Virus record (IMG/VR): IMGVR_UViG_3300020371_000006
DNA length: 64,000 bases
From: an uncultured virus (IMG/VR IMGVR_UViG_3300020371_000006)
Taxonomy: Duplodnaviria; Heunggongvirae; Uroviricota; Caudoviricetes; Kyanoviridae
Direction: 5' to 3' (one strand)
The translations under genes and the position numbers were made by a program. Of the stretch, positions 20,213-29,525 are shown one piece after another. How positions within the stretch are numbered: position 1 is the first letter of the stretch; the number at the start of each line of letters is the position of its first letter. The notes under the pieces are model-generated. The model saw only the letters and a program-made list of their open reading frames with translations, ran no database searches and was not told where the DNA came from.

Positions 20213-21835
20213 ATGTCTCAGTTATTTGGTTATTCTCTTGAGCGTGCTAAGAAGGGTCAGTCTCCTGGCCCTTCTTTCGTGCGTAAAGAGTCAGATGATG
20301 CTGCTACTCCCGTAGCAGGCGGTGGATACTTTGGCACTGCTATCGACCTAGATGGTAGTTACAAAGACGAAAACGATTTGATTCGTCGCTACCGAGAAAT
20401 GTCCATTCATCCAGAATGTGACCGCGCTATCGACGATGTTGTCAACGAAGCAATCGCAGGTGAACTGGATGATACTCCAGTGGACATCGAACTGTCCAAC
20501 CTCGAAGTAAGTCAATCAATTAAGAAGCGTATCCGAGAAGAATTTCAGAATGTTCTTCGCCTTCTTGACTTTGACAAGAAAGCATACGACATTTTCCGTC
20601 GGTGGTATATTGACGGGAAACTTTATTACCACAAGGTGATCGATACAAAGTCACCTCGTCGTGGTATCACAGAACTTAGATACATTGACCCGCGTAAGAT
20701 TCGCAAGGTCATCGAGCTGGAGCGTCCGAAGGATAAGCAGTTTGTCGATCCGCGCACTATGGAGTCGAACCTCGCTCCTAAGTCTGCTGAATATTACGTT
20801 TACAATCCGAAAGGTCTGCGAGCGGCAGAGACTGCTGGTATCAAGGTTGCTCCTGATGCTATTGCCTTCTGCCACTCTGGTCTGAAGGATATGAACAAGA
20901 ATGTGATTATGTCACATTTGCACAAGGCAATCAAAGCTCTCAATCAACTTAGAATGATTGAAGACAGTCTTGTGATCTATCGTTTGTCCCGCGCACCAGA
21001 ACGTAGAATTTTCTACATTGACGTGGGCAATCTTCCCAAACAAAAAGCGGAACAATACCTCCGTGAGGTGATGTCCCGTTATAGAAACAAACTTGTATAC
21101 AATGCCGACACAGGGGAAATCCGAGACGACAGAAAATTTATGTCGATGCTCGAAGACTTCTGGCTCCCAAGACGTGAAGGTGGAAGAGGTACTGAAATCA
21201 CTACGCTCCCAGGTGGACAAAATCTTGGAGAGCTTGAGGACGTAAAGTATTTCCAAAAGAAACTCTACCGTGCACTCAATGTTCCTGAGTCACGTCTTGA
21301 ATCTGAGTCAACATTTAATTTGGGTCGCGCTGCTGAAATCACACGCGACGAAATTAAATTTCAAAAATTTGTCACTCGCCTTCGTAAGAAGTTCTCCGAA
21401 CTGTTCCACGATCTGCTGAAGACACAACTGGTTCTCAAAGGTATCTGCTCAATCGAAGATTGGGAAGATATGGCAGAGCACATTCAGTATGACTTCATCG
21501 CGGATAACTACTTCGCGGAACTGAAGGAGAAAGAGATTATGACTGAACGTCTGAATCTCCTTGCGACAATGGATCCTTTTGCTGGTAAGTATTTCTCACT
21601 TGATTATCTCCGCCGTCAGATCCTTAAGCAGACTGATGCTGAGATCAGAGAAATCGACAAGCAAATTGAAAAAGAAATTGAAAGTGGAAAGTTGATGGAT
21701 CCCGCATCTGTTGATCCCGCAACTGGAATGCCATTAGAAGATCCTAATGCTATGGGCGAAGTTCCTGAAGAAGAAACTGGTCCTGGCGGAGTTGAATCTA
21801 TTGCGCCCGCAGACTACAAACGCGGAGAATTCTAA
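20213..21835 (+). CDS. g20: Portal protein gp20
   Basis: YRLSRAPERRIFYIDVGNLPK, MLEDFWLPRREGGRGTEI motifs. Confidence 0.98.
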   Translation: MSQLFGYSLERAKKGQSPGPSFVRKESDDAATPVAGGGYFGTAIDLDGSYKDENDLIRRYREMSIHPECDRAIDDVVNEAIAGELDDTPVDIELSNLEVSQSIKKRIREEFQNVLRLLDFDKKAYDIFRRWYIDGKLYYHKVIDTKSPRRGITELRYIDPRKIRKVIELERPKDKQFVDPRTMESNLAPKSAEYYVYNPKGLRAAETAGIKVAPDAIAFCHSGLKDMNKNVIMSHLHKAIKALNQLRMIEDSLVIYRLSRAPERRIFYIDVGNLPKQKAEQYLREVMSRYRNKLVYNADTGEIRDDRKFMSMLEDFWLPRREGGRGTEITTLPGGQNLGELEDVKYFQKKLYRALNVPESRLESESTFNLGRAAEITRDEIKFQKFVTRLRKKFSELFHDLLKTQLVLKGICSIEDWEDMAEHIQYDFIADNYFAELKEKEIMTERLNLLATMDPFAGKYFSLDYLRRQILKQTDAEIREIDKQIEKEIESGKLMDPASVDPATGMPLEDPNAMGEVPEEETGPGGVESIAPADYKRGEF

Positions 21836-21862
21836 ATAATACTGTTATGACAATCTAACATT

Positions 21863-22063
21863 ATGGCTAGCGTAGATGCTATGGACATCGTAAATAAACT
21901 TTTTACGGGATCTAAGGATCTCAGTAAGGAGGTCGATGTCGCACTGAAGGCAATGACTGCTGATGCTCTTGAAGCAAAAAAGAAGGACATTGCTGGTAAC
22001 TGGATGAACCCCACAGAAACACCTGAAGAGGAAACTGATGAAACTGATCACGGAAACGATTGA
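21863..22063 (+). CDS. Small acidic protein, possible prohead core component
   Basis: Between g20 and g21, preceded by CTAAATA at 21832. Confidence 0.6.
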   Translation: MASVDAMDIVNKLFTGSKDLSKEVDVALKAMTADALEAKKKDIAGNWMNPTETPEEETDETDHGND

Positions 22064-22688
22064 AGACATTGAACTTCTAACCGAAGAAAAGAACGGTAAG
22101 AAGCGTCTGTACATTGAAGGTACTTTCCTTCAAGGTGAGATCAAAAACCGCAATGGTCGGATGTATCCCATCAGTACACTTGCTCGCGAAGTCGCTAAAT
22201 ATAATGAATCATTCATTAAGACGGGTCGCGCTCTTGGTGAACTGGGTCATCCCGACGGTCCTACCGTCAACTTGGATCGTGTCTCCCACGTTATCACCTC
22301 CCTGGTTCAGGAAGGAAATAACTTCAAGGGACGTGCACGCATCCTTGATACACCTATGGGTAACATCGCAAAGAATCTTCTCGATGAAGGCGTCAAACTT
22401 GGCGTTTCTTCTCGTGGCATTGGTTCACTGCAAACCTCCAGTGAAGGTGTAAAGATCGTTGCCGACGACTTTATGCTCGCTACAGCAGCAGATATTGTTG
22501 CTGATCCTTCTGCTCCTGACGCATTTGTGAACGGAATTATGGAAGGTAAAGAGTGGGTCTGGAACAACGGAATCATTAGAGAGTCCGAAGTTGCAACGAT
22601 TAAAAGGAGTATTGACAATGCTCCTAACAGAGCAGTTCTGGAAGAGCGCAAACTTTCCGCGTTTTCTCAGTTCCTTAAAACTCTGTAA
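22038..22688 (+). CDS. g21: Prohead protease gp21
   Basis: NRNGRMYP, ALGELGHP, GVSSRGIGS, DIVADPSAPDA motifs. Confidence 0.97.
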   Translation: MKLITETIEDIELLTEEKNGKKRLYIEGTFLQGEIKNRNGRMYPISTLAREVAKYNESFIKTGRALGELGHPDGPTVNLDRVSHVITSLVQEGNNFKGRARILDTPMGNIAKNLLDEGVKLGVSSRGIGSLQTSSEGVKIVADDFMLATAADIVADPSAPDAFVNGIMEGKEWVWNNGIIRESEVATIKRSIDNAPNRAVLEERKLSAFSQFLKTL

Positions 22689-22691
22689 ACG

Positions 22692-22698
22692 ATAAATA
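22692..22698 (+). promoter_or_regulatory. Late promoter (ATAAATA) for g22-g23
   Basis: Consensus box upstream of g22. Confidence 0.7.
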
Positions 22699-22735
22699 TT
22701 TCTAAGAATAGCAAAGACTACTAAGGAGACAACCA

Positions 22736-23728
22736 ATGTCGCAAGAAAAAGAAGTGATGGTTTCCGAAGAACAACAAGAAGTCACCGAAGCTAAGTTCGA
22801 CGGTGCCGTTGCTGATGGTTCTTCGCTGGGATCGGTTGAGGACCTGGGCGGTCCTACCCCTACAAACAACAAACCTGATGATGAGTCTAACAAACTGAAG
22901 ACTCCTTCTCAGACCCAGGCATCCGCGCCCAAGACCAAGCCCTCTGACGCATCGCCCAAGAAGCACGAATCTGTGGAAGCAGAGAATGCTGAAGGTGATG
23001 AACTGATCGAAATCGATCTGAGCGCAGACGTGGCAGCACTGACTGAGGGCGAGGACCTGAGTGAGGAGTTCAAGGCAAAAGCAGCAACAATCTTTGAAGC
23101 TGCAGTTGTTTCCCGCCTCAACGAGGAACTCGATCGTGTTCACGGTGAGTATGCAACAGCACTCAGTGAGCAGGTTGAGTCAGTCAAAGCTTCTCTCGCA
23201 GAGCAAGTCGATGAGTATCTGACTTATGCTGTGCAAGAGTGGATGGGCAAGAACGAGATCGCAATCGAAACTGGACTGAAGTCCGAGATTGCTGAGAGCG
23301 TTGTTGCTGGTCTCAAAAAAGTATTCGTCGAGAACCATATTGAGGTTCCCGAAGAAAAAACTGACATCATCTCTGAGATGGTGACAGAACTAGATTCGAT
23401 GGAAGCAAAACTCAACGAGCAAATCGATAAGAACGTTGCTCTGACCCGTGAGGTTGGTGCATTCGTGAAGAATGGGATTGTGAGTGAGATCTCTGAAGGT
23501 CTGGCAGCTACCGAAAGGGAAAAGCTTGCTGGTCTGGCAGAGGGTGTTGAGTTTGAAGATGAAGAGTCATTCCGCAGCAAAATCGAGACTCTGAAAGAGT
23601 CGTATTTCTCTAGCAAGCCCCAAGCGGCAGCAGAGACGATTGCTGAAGATGTCCAACCTGTTGTGGATAGCGATATGACGGAATCGATGTCACGTTACGT
23701 CGATGCGCTCCGTCGCTGGACTAAGTGA
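22736..23728 (+). CDS. g22: Prohead core scaffold protein gp22
   Basis: Acidic coiled coil; LSEEFKAKAATIFEAAV, LKESYF motifs. Confidence 0.94.
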   Translation: MSQEKEVMVSEEQQEVTEAKFDGAVADGSSLGSVEDLGGPTPTNNKPDDESNKLKTPSQTQASAPKTKPSDASPKKHESVEAENAEGDELIEIDLSADVAALTEGEDLSEEFKAKAATIFEAAVVSRLNEELDRVHGEYATALSEQVESVKASLAEQVDEYLTYAVQEWMGKNEIAIETGLKSEIAESVVAGLKKVFVENHIEVPEEKTDIISEMVTELDSMEAKLNEQIDKNVALTREVGAFVKNGIVSEISEGLAATEREKLAGLAEGVEFEDEESFRSKIETLKESYFSSKPQAAAETIAEDVQPVVDSDMTESMSRYVDALRRWTK

Positions 23729-23782
23729 ATTAGTCATTAAACCAATTTTTCCAAAACTATAACCTAAAGAGGTAAAAAGCAA

Positions 23783-25129
23783 ATGTTCAAATCCGAGCAT
23801 CTGCAGGAAAAGTGGTCCCCCGTTCTTAATTGCGAAGGTCTTGATTCCATCAAGGATAGCTATAAGAAAGCGGTAACCGCAGTCCTGCTTGAAAACCAAG
23901 AAAAGTTCCTGGCTGAAGAGCGTGGCGTGCTGACTGAAGCAGCACCTACAATGTCTGCTGGCACTGCTGGTTTCAGTGGTTCTTCCACTGCAACTGGTCC
24001 TGTTGCTGGTTTCGACCCCGTTCTGATTAGCCTCATTCGCCGTTCGATGCCTAAGCTGATTGCTTATGACATCGCAGGTGTGCAACCGATGACTGGACCT
24101 ACTGGTCTGATCTTCGCAATGCGCTCCCGTTATGGCACCAACCGTACTGCTGGTACTGAAGCATTCTTCAACGAGGCAGACACCGAGTTCTCCGCAGAGA
24201 ACGCAGCATCTGATCTGGGTAGAACTGCTCAGGCAGGTAGCAACCCTGGTCTGCTGAACGACAGCGGCACCTACAACACCTCCGACGGTATGCCTACCGC
24301 CGAGGCAGAAGCACTGGGTGATGCTGCAGGTAACCAGTTCGCAGAAATGAACTTCTCCATCGAGAAGGTCACTGTGACTGCTAAGTCCAGAGCACTGAAA
24401 GCTGAGTACAGCTTGGAACTTGCTCAAGACCTGAAAGCAGTTCACGGTCTGGATGCTGAGAGCGAACTCGCTAACATCCTTTCTACTGAAGTTCTCGCTG
24501 AGATCAACAGAGAAGTTGTTAGAACTGTCTACAAGATCGCTCGTCCTGGCGCTCAGAACAACACTGCAACTGCAGGTATCTTCGACCTCGACGTTGACTC
24601 CAACGGTCGCTGGTCTGTTGAGAAGTTCAAGGGTCTCCTCTTCCAGATTGAGAGAGATATGAACGCAATCGGTCACGAGACTCGTCGTGGAAAGGGCAAC
24701 ATCCTCATCTGCTCCGCTGATGTGGCATCTGCTCTGTCTATGGCTGGTGTTCTTGACTACACCCCCGCACTTGCTGGTAACAGCAACCTGCTCCCCGACG
24801 ACAACAGCAGCACCCTCGCAGGTACTCTTAACGGTCGTATTAAGGTCTACGTCGATCCTTACTCTGCTAACGTTTCTGACCGTCACTTCTATGTGGCAGG
24901 TTACAAAGGTAGCAGTGCATATGACGCAGGTCTCTTCTACTGCCCTTACGTGCCTCTGCAGATGGTTCGCGCCGTTGGTCAGGACACCTTCCAGCCGAAG
25001 ATCGGCTTCAAGACCAGATACGGTCTCGTTGCTAACCCCTTCGCAGAAGGTACCTCCCAGGGTAGTGGTGCACTCACCGCTAACGCTAACCGTTACTACA
25101 GACGTGTTCTGGTTGACAACCTTATGTGA
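23783..25129 (+). CDS. g23: Major capsid protein gp23
   Basis: GVQPMTGPTGLIFAMR, KSRALKAEYSLELAQDLKAVHGLDAE, FQPKIGFKTRYG motifs. Confidence 0.99.
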   Translation: MFKSEHLQEKWSPVLNCEGLDSIKDSYKKAVTAVLLENQEKFLAEERGVLTEAAPTMSAGTAGFSGSSTATGPVAGFDPVLISLIRRSMPKLIAYDIAGVQPMTGPTGLIFAMRSRYGTNRTAGTEAFFNEADTEFSAENAASDLGRTAQAGSNPGLLNDSGTYNTSDGMPTAEAEALGDAAGNQFAEMNFSIEKVTVTAKSRALKAEYSLELAQDLKAVHGLDAESELANILSTEVLAEINREVVRTVYKIARPGAQNNTATAGIFDLDVDSNGRWSVEKFKGLLFQIERDMNAIGHETRRGKGNILICSADVASALSMAGVLDYTPALAGNSNLLPDDNSSTLAGTLNGRIKVYVDPYSANVSDRHFYVAGYKGSSAYDAGLFYCPYVPLQMVRAVGQDTFQPKIGFKTRYGLVANPFAEGTSQGSGALTANANRYYRRVLVDNLM

Positions 25130-25154
25130 TCCGTTGGTCATATATTCAACACAC

Positions 25155-25179
25155 AAGGACCCTTCGGGGTCCTTTTTTT
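25155..25179 (+). terminator. Rho-independent terminator after g23
   Basis: AAGGACCC-TTCG-GGGTCCTT stem with UUCG loop, followed by a T run. Confidence 0.92.
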
Positions 25180-25209
25180 GTGTAAATAAATGATATGATG
25201 CTAGTACCT

Positions 25210-25374
25210 ATGCCAAGGAATGGAATGACACGAAAGGAAATGGAATGTCGCGTCCTCAAGCTCAAGCATATGCTCTACAACGGAAACTACCAGCACAAGA
25301 ATGGAGACTTCCACGACGGTGCACACGAGATGCTCAACAAAGTCCTGAACATTATTGAGGAGTATCGGTACTAA
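25210..25374 (+). CDS. Small hypothetical protein (54 aa), not in the ORF track
   Basis: MPRNGMTRKEMECRVLKLKHMLY...GAHEMLNKVLNIIEEYRY fills the g23-g3 gap. Confidence 0.6.
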   Translation: MPRNGMTRKEMECRVLKLKHMLYNGNYQHKNGDFHDGAHEMLNKVLNIIEEYRY

Positions 25375-25403
25375 ATAGAGTACGGAGACCACTAATATAG
25401 CAA

Positions 25404-25967
25404 ATGTCATTCGCTACTCAAATCAGCAATAGAAACTTTCTTTCCCCAGGTGGTTTCCGTTTTACCCTGGCAAAGTATCCTAAGGTTGCATACTTTGCAC
25501 AAATGGCAAGCATACCTGGTATGCAGTTGTCTATGGTTCAAGCGCCTACCCCGTACCGTGAAACATTCATTGACGGAACAATTTCTTACAGTAGGTTGAA
25601 CCTTACGTTCATTGTGGACGAGGATCTCGAAAACTATATCATCCTCCATAACTGGATGAGAGCACTTGGTGTTCCAGATAGATTCTCCGAGCGAGCAGAA
25701 TTTGAACTTGAAGCTAATACCACTTCACGAAACCGTGATTTGGGATCAGACTTCCGTTTTGCTGATGGAACTCTGAGCATCTTAGATTCAAACTTCAATC
25801 CAAAGTTCAATGTTGTATTCCAAGATCTGAAACCTGTTGATCTTAGTACACTCGACTTTGATGCAACTTTAGGTGATCAAGAGTATTTCCAAGCGCAAGC
25901 AACCTTCGACTTCCTATCATACGAAATCCAAACACTTGATGGCACACGAGTTGCCAAACTAAAATAA
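25404..25967 (+). CDS. g3: Tail completion / tube terminator gp3
   Basis: NRNFLSPGGFRF, FIVDEDLENY motifs; CTAAATA at 25371; synteny with uvsY. Confidence 0.88.
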   Translation: MSFATQISNRNFLSPGGFRFTLAKYPKVAYFAQMASIPGMQLSMVQAPTPYRETFIDGTISYSRLNLTFIVDEDLENYIILHNWMRALGVPDRFSERAEFELEANTTSRNRDLGSDFRFADGTLSILDSNFNPKFNVVFQDLKPVDLSTLDFDATLGDQEYFQAQATFDFLSYEIQTLDGTRVAKLK

Positions 25968-25970
25968 ATT

Positions 25971-26393
25971 ATGGCACTACTTGATGAATTGCAGCAGTCC
26001 TGGGCAAAGGACTGTCTGTTTGATGAGATGAATCTGGGAGAGGAATCTCTAGTCATACCCAGACTACATCAAAAATACTTCGTATACTTCAACAAATACA
26101 AATTGATTCTTGAGGATGAAAAGATGAAACTCAAGAGGATTTGGCGTGAGAAGTGGTTGTGGTACAACGGTAAGACGTGCAACGACGACGGAGAAGCATT
26201 TGATCTAAAAGTTCTTAAGGGAGATATTAACACATTCCTTGAGAGTGATGAGGACATTCAAAAACAGCAACTCAAAATCGCATACTTTGAAACTTGCATA
26301 AATTACATTGAGAACATTCTCAAGATGATTAACAATCGCGGATTCCAAGTGAAGAACGCGATTGATGCAAAGCGGTTTGAGTTTCCTGTATGA
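25971..26393 (+). CDS. uvsY: Recombination mediator UvsY
   Basis: IPRLHQKY, NRGFQVKNAID motifs; synteny. Confidence 0.9.
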   Translation: MALLDELQQSWAKDCLFDEMNLGEESLVIPRLHQKYFVYFNKYKLILEDEKMKLKRIWREKWLWYNGKTCNDDGEAFDLKVLKGDINTFLESDEDIQKQQLKIAYFETCINYIENILKMINNRGFQVKNAIDAKRFEFPV

Positions 26394-27856
26394 TGACGAT
26401 TATTGAGAAGAAGAACGAAGTATTCCTCAAGATTAGAACAGACTTACATATCCACCAGGAACTCTCAGAATACTTTAAGTTTGAGGTACCCGAAGCGAAG
26501 TTTCTCCAGAAGCAACGCAGGTATAAGAGATGGGACGGACACATCCGTTTGTACTCTCCTGGCACTGGAGAACTTCACGTGGGATTGTTTCCATACCTAA
26601 CTGAGTGGCTTGAAACAAAAGGCTACGAATATACCATTGAGGAGTCTAAGTATTATGGAACACCTGGGGACCAAGATGTCAGCATATCACCTGAGGCAGT
26701 TGCGGGTTTTGTTAGATCTCTACGTCTGCCTTTCAAGGCAAGAGATTACCAACTGCAATCAATTTATAGCGCACTTCGACATCGCCGTAGACTCTTACTA
26801 TCACCCACTGGGTCTGGGAAATCTCTGATTATCTACAGTCTCGTACGTTGGCACTTACAGTTCAACCGCGAGATTCTAATCATTGTTCCCACAACCTCTT
26901 TGGTTGAACAACTTTATCAAGACTTTCAAGAGTATGGATGGAACGCAAAGCATTACGTCAGTAAGATCTATGGAGGGCAAGACCGTTATGTCACAAGTCC
27001 TGTCGTCATATCTACGTGGCAATCTATCTACAAAGAGCCTAAGAATTACTTTAATAGGTTTGATGTTGTTATCGGTGATGAAGCGCACCTCTTCAAAGCA
27101 AAGTCCCTAACATCAATCCTGAACAAGTGTCACGATGCCAATCATCGTATTGGTTTGACTGGCACGTTAGATGGAATGCAATCTCACCAGTTACAACTGG
27201 AAGGTGTATTCGGACAAGTGAATCGTAATATCAGAACTAAGGATCTACAGGAACGTGGCGCATTGTCTGACCTGAAGATCAATATCCTAGTGTGTAAGCA
27301 CGATTATATTGGGTTTGATAGTTATCACGACGAGATGAACTATATCATCTCTCACGAAAAACGCAACAAAATCATCACAGGACTTGCGCGGGATCTAACT
27401 GGCAACACGCTGATCCTATTCAACTACGTGGAAAAACACGGAGACCCACTTTGGGACCTGCTAAATAGTCGTGGGGAAGGTAAAAAACTTTTCTTCGTAC
27501 ACGGTGGTGTCCCCACTGAAGAACGAGAAGAGATTCGCAGCATATGTGAGCAAAGTGACAACGCCATCATTCTTGCTTCATACGGTACTTTCTCAACTGG
27601 TATCAATATTAAAAACCTACACAACGTAATATTTGCATCCCCATCTAAATCAAGAATACGAAACTTACAATCTATAGGTAGAGCTCTCAGAACGCACGAC
27701 TCTAAAGGTCGCGCAACTCTATATGATTTCGCTGATGATATTAGCAATGGGCGTTTTCGTAACGCAACTTTGAATCACTTGGTTGAACGTATCCGCATTT
27801 ACAAGGATGAAAAGTTTGACTACTCAATCACAGAGATCAAATTAGGAGGAAACTAA
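26390..27856 (+). CDS. uvsW: SF2 helicase UvsW
   Basis: SPTGSGKS, DEAH, GLTGT, LQSIGRALR motifs. Confidence 0.96.
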   Translation: MMTIIEKKNEVFLKIRTDLHIHQELSEYFKFEVPEAKFLQKQRRYKRWDGHIRLYSPGTGELHVGLFPYLTEWLETKGYEYTIEESKYYGTPGDQDVSISPEAVAGFVRSLRLPFKARDYQLQSIYSALRHRRRLLLSPTGSGKSLIIYSLVRWHLQFNREILIIVPTTSLVEQLYQDFQEYGWNAKHYVSKIYGGQDRYVTSPVVISTWQSIYKEPKNYFNRFDVVIGDEAHLFKAKSLTSILNKCHDANHRIGLTGTLDGMQSHQLQLEGVFGQVNRNIRTKDLQERGALSDLKINILVCKHDYIGFDSYHDEMNYIISHEKRNKIITGLARDLTGNTLILFNYVEKHGDPLWDLLNSRGEGKKLFFVHGGVPTEEREEIRSICEQSDNAIILASYGTFSTGINIKNLHNVIFASPSKSRIRNLQSIGRALRTHDSKGRATLYDFADDISNGRFRNATLNHLVERIRIYKDEKFDYSITEIKLGGN

Positions 27857-27860
27857 ACGT

Positions 27861-28307
27861 ATGTCTCTAAACTATGTAAGACCTGATGAAGAGTTCTTTG
27901 GCGTTCTCAAATTGACGAACGGTGAAGAGGTACTCGCTCGCACTATTGTAGTTGAAGAATCTGAAGGTACACACGTAGCATTTGTGCAGGACCCTGCAAA
28001 GGTTCACGCAACTGAGACAATGAAAGATGAGAAGAGAGCAGTTGCTGTTGGATTGAAAAAATGGATGGTCTTCTCTGATGAAGACTTCTTTATTATCCCT
28101 CAAGATAGAATCGTCACCATCGCGCCGATGTCCCACGAGGCGATGTTGATGTATAAGTATTTTGTCAGAACCGAACTGGGCGGAGGAACCGATGTCAAAG
28201 CAGCATCCAAAGACGCCCGCGATCTAAACGACTCAATGGGGTTCCTTGGTAAAGTTGACCAACACAGAAAGATGTTAGAAGATCTGTTTAACTCAGATAA
28301 TAGCTAA
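27861..28307 (+). CDS. Hypothetical protein, possible Sm-like fold
   Basis: LKLTNGEEVLA motif shared with ORFs 39901, 47950 and 48278. Confidence 0.65.
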   Translation: MSLNYVRPDEEFFGVLKLTNGEEVLARTIVVEESEGTHVAFVQDPAKVHATETMKDEKRAVAVGLKKWMVFSDEDFFIIPQDRIVTIAPMSHEAMLMYKYFVRTELGGGTDVKAASKDARDLNDSMGFLGKVDQHRKMLEDLFNSDNS

Positions 28308-28334
28308 TGTCTCTTTCCAACCCTGACAGTGTTG

Positions 28335-28363
28335 AGTATAATTAAATTATTAGGTCTTGTCAA
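28335..28363 (-). promoter_or_regulatory. Near-consensus sigma70 promoter on the minus strand
   Basis: Minus strand reads TTGACA (28363-28358), 17 nt, TATACT (28340-28335). Confidence 0.7.
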
Positions 28364-28385
28364 GTCCTTGGTTTTCTGATATACT
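28357..28385 (+). promoter_or_regulatory. sigma70-type promoter for g55
   Basis: TTGTCA, 17 nt, TATACT with an extended -10 TG. Confidence 0.7.
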
Positions 28386-28410
28386 TTTGTTATGAAACGG
28401 GTACAAGTAA

Positions 28411-28890
28411 ATGCCTTTGTTAATGGAAAGAAAAAAGAGCCAACACTACGTTGATAACCAACAGTTCCTTGCGGCAATCATTGCTTACCGTGAAAAAGTT
28501 GAGCTGTCTAAAATTCGTGGTACGAAGAAACCTCGTATCGATGAATATATCGGTGACTGTTTTCTAAAGATCGCCACACACCTGTCATATAGACCTAACT
28601 TCATTAACTATATGTACAAGGAAGATATGATTTCTGATGGTGTAGAGAACTGTGTACAGTATATTGATAACTTCGATCCTGCAAAGAGCAGAAACCCATT
28701 TGCATATTTCACACAGATTGTATACTATGCTTTCCTAAGAAGGATTGCTAAAGAGAAGCGACAGATGGATATTAAAGATAAGATCATTGAAAAGTCTGGT
28801 TACGATCAGGTCTTCCATTCTGATGGAGATGGAGACGCATCTACATTGAACTCCATCAAGTCTCGAATTGAAATGAACAACAGGTATTGA
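28411..28890 (+). CDS. g55: Late transcription sigma factor gp55
   Basis: HYVDNQQF, YMYKEDMISDGVENC, NPFAYFTQI motifs. Confidence 0.96.
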   Translation: MPLLMERKKSQHYVDNQQFLAAIIAYREKVELSKIRGTKKPRIDEYIGDCFLKIATHLSYRPNFINYMYKEDMISDGVENCVQYIDNFDPAKSRNPFAYFTQIVYYAFLRRIAKEKRQMDIKDKIIEKSGYDQVFHSDGDGDASTLNSIKSRIEMNNRY

Positions 28891-28892
28891 CT

Positions 28893-29153
28893 ATGAAGGA
28901 CGAACCTATTACAGTGGAAGACTACAAGTTGGTTAGCGACGAGTTTTTCCAGAAATATAACTTTGTGGCAGACCGTCTTGGCGTCACAAAAAAAGCAGAA
29001 GACATTCTGAAAGTTATGGAAGCACTCTCGGGTGCTGTTATGAAAGACCGCGCTAAACAGAAGGTAGGACCATTTGGATTCAACAAACAAAATGCAGGAA
29101 GTGAAGAAGAAGCAGTCGATCCTGACCTCTCTGGGTCCGAATCCGACGGTTGA
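28893..29153 (+). CDS. Hypothetical protein
   Basis: Coupled ORF after g55. Confidence 0.6.
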   Translation: MKDEPITVEDYKLVSDEFFQKYNFVADRLGVTKKAEDILKVMEALSGAVMKDRAKQKVGPFGFNKQNAGSEEEAVDPDLSGSESDG

Positions 29154-29391
29154 AAAGAAGATCCCTGATGATGTAGAATGGATCGATAACGCCTTCTATA
29201 TTAAGAAGACACGTTTTGGTATGTACACCAGTGTTTTGAAGGAACCAATTCTTGGTGCCAACTTTATCACAGGTGCTACATATGATGCTGTCTTGACAGT
29301 TTCTAGATGGCATCTCAAGTGTCTACAGGATGGATCACTTGATGATTACACACGCACCATTAACGACGGTATTGTCGGAGGTAAATTATGA
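29092..29391 (+). CDS. Hypothetical protein
   Basis: WIDNAFYIKKTRFG...VGGKL; start uncertain. Confidence 0.6.
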   Translation: MQEVKKKQSILTSLGPNPTVEKKIPDDVEWIDNAFYIKKTRFGMYTSVLKEPILGANFITGATYDAVLTVSRWHLKCLQDGSLDDYTRTINDGIVGGKL

Positions 29392-29525
29392 AAAAGCAAC
29401 TCATCATTGAGAAGACAAATCCTCAACACAAGCAACACTGGGAATGGGAAGAAACTCCTGAACTCGTTAAAGCACTCGCCCAACTTGAAAAATCTAGTAA
29501 ACTCGTAGAAGAACTTAGTCGATGA
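29388..29525 (+). CDS. Small hypothetical protein (45 aa)
   Basis: ATGA overlaps at both ends; MKKQLIIEKTNPQHKQHWEWEETPEL. Confidence 0.55.
   Translation: MKKQLIIEKTNPQHKQHWEWEETPELVKALAQLEKSSKLVEELSR

Noticed and set aside
23690..25156. 488-aa minus-strand ORF opposite g23, and similar long antisense ORFs opposite the fibre gene, g18, g19 and g43
   Set aside because: Expected shadow of strongly biased codon usage on the sense strand; no ribosome-binding site, promoter or protein motifs.
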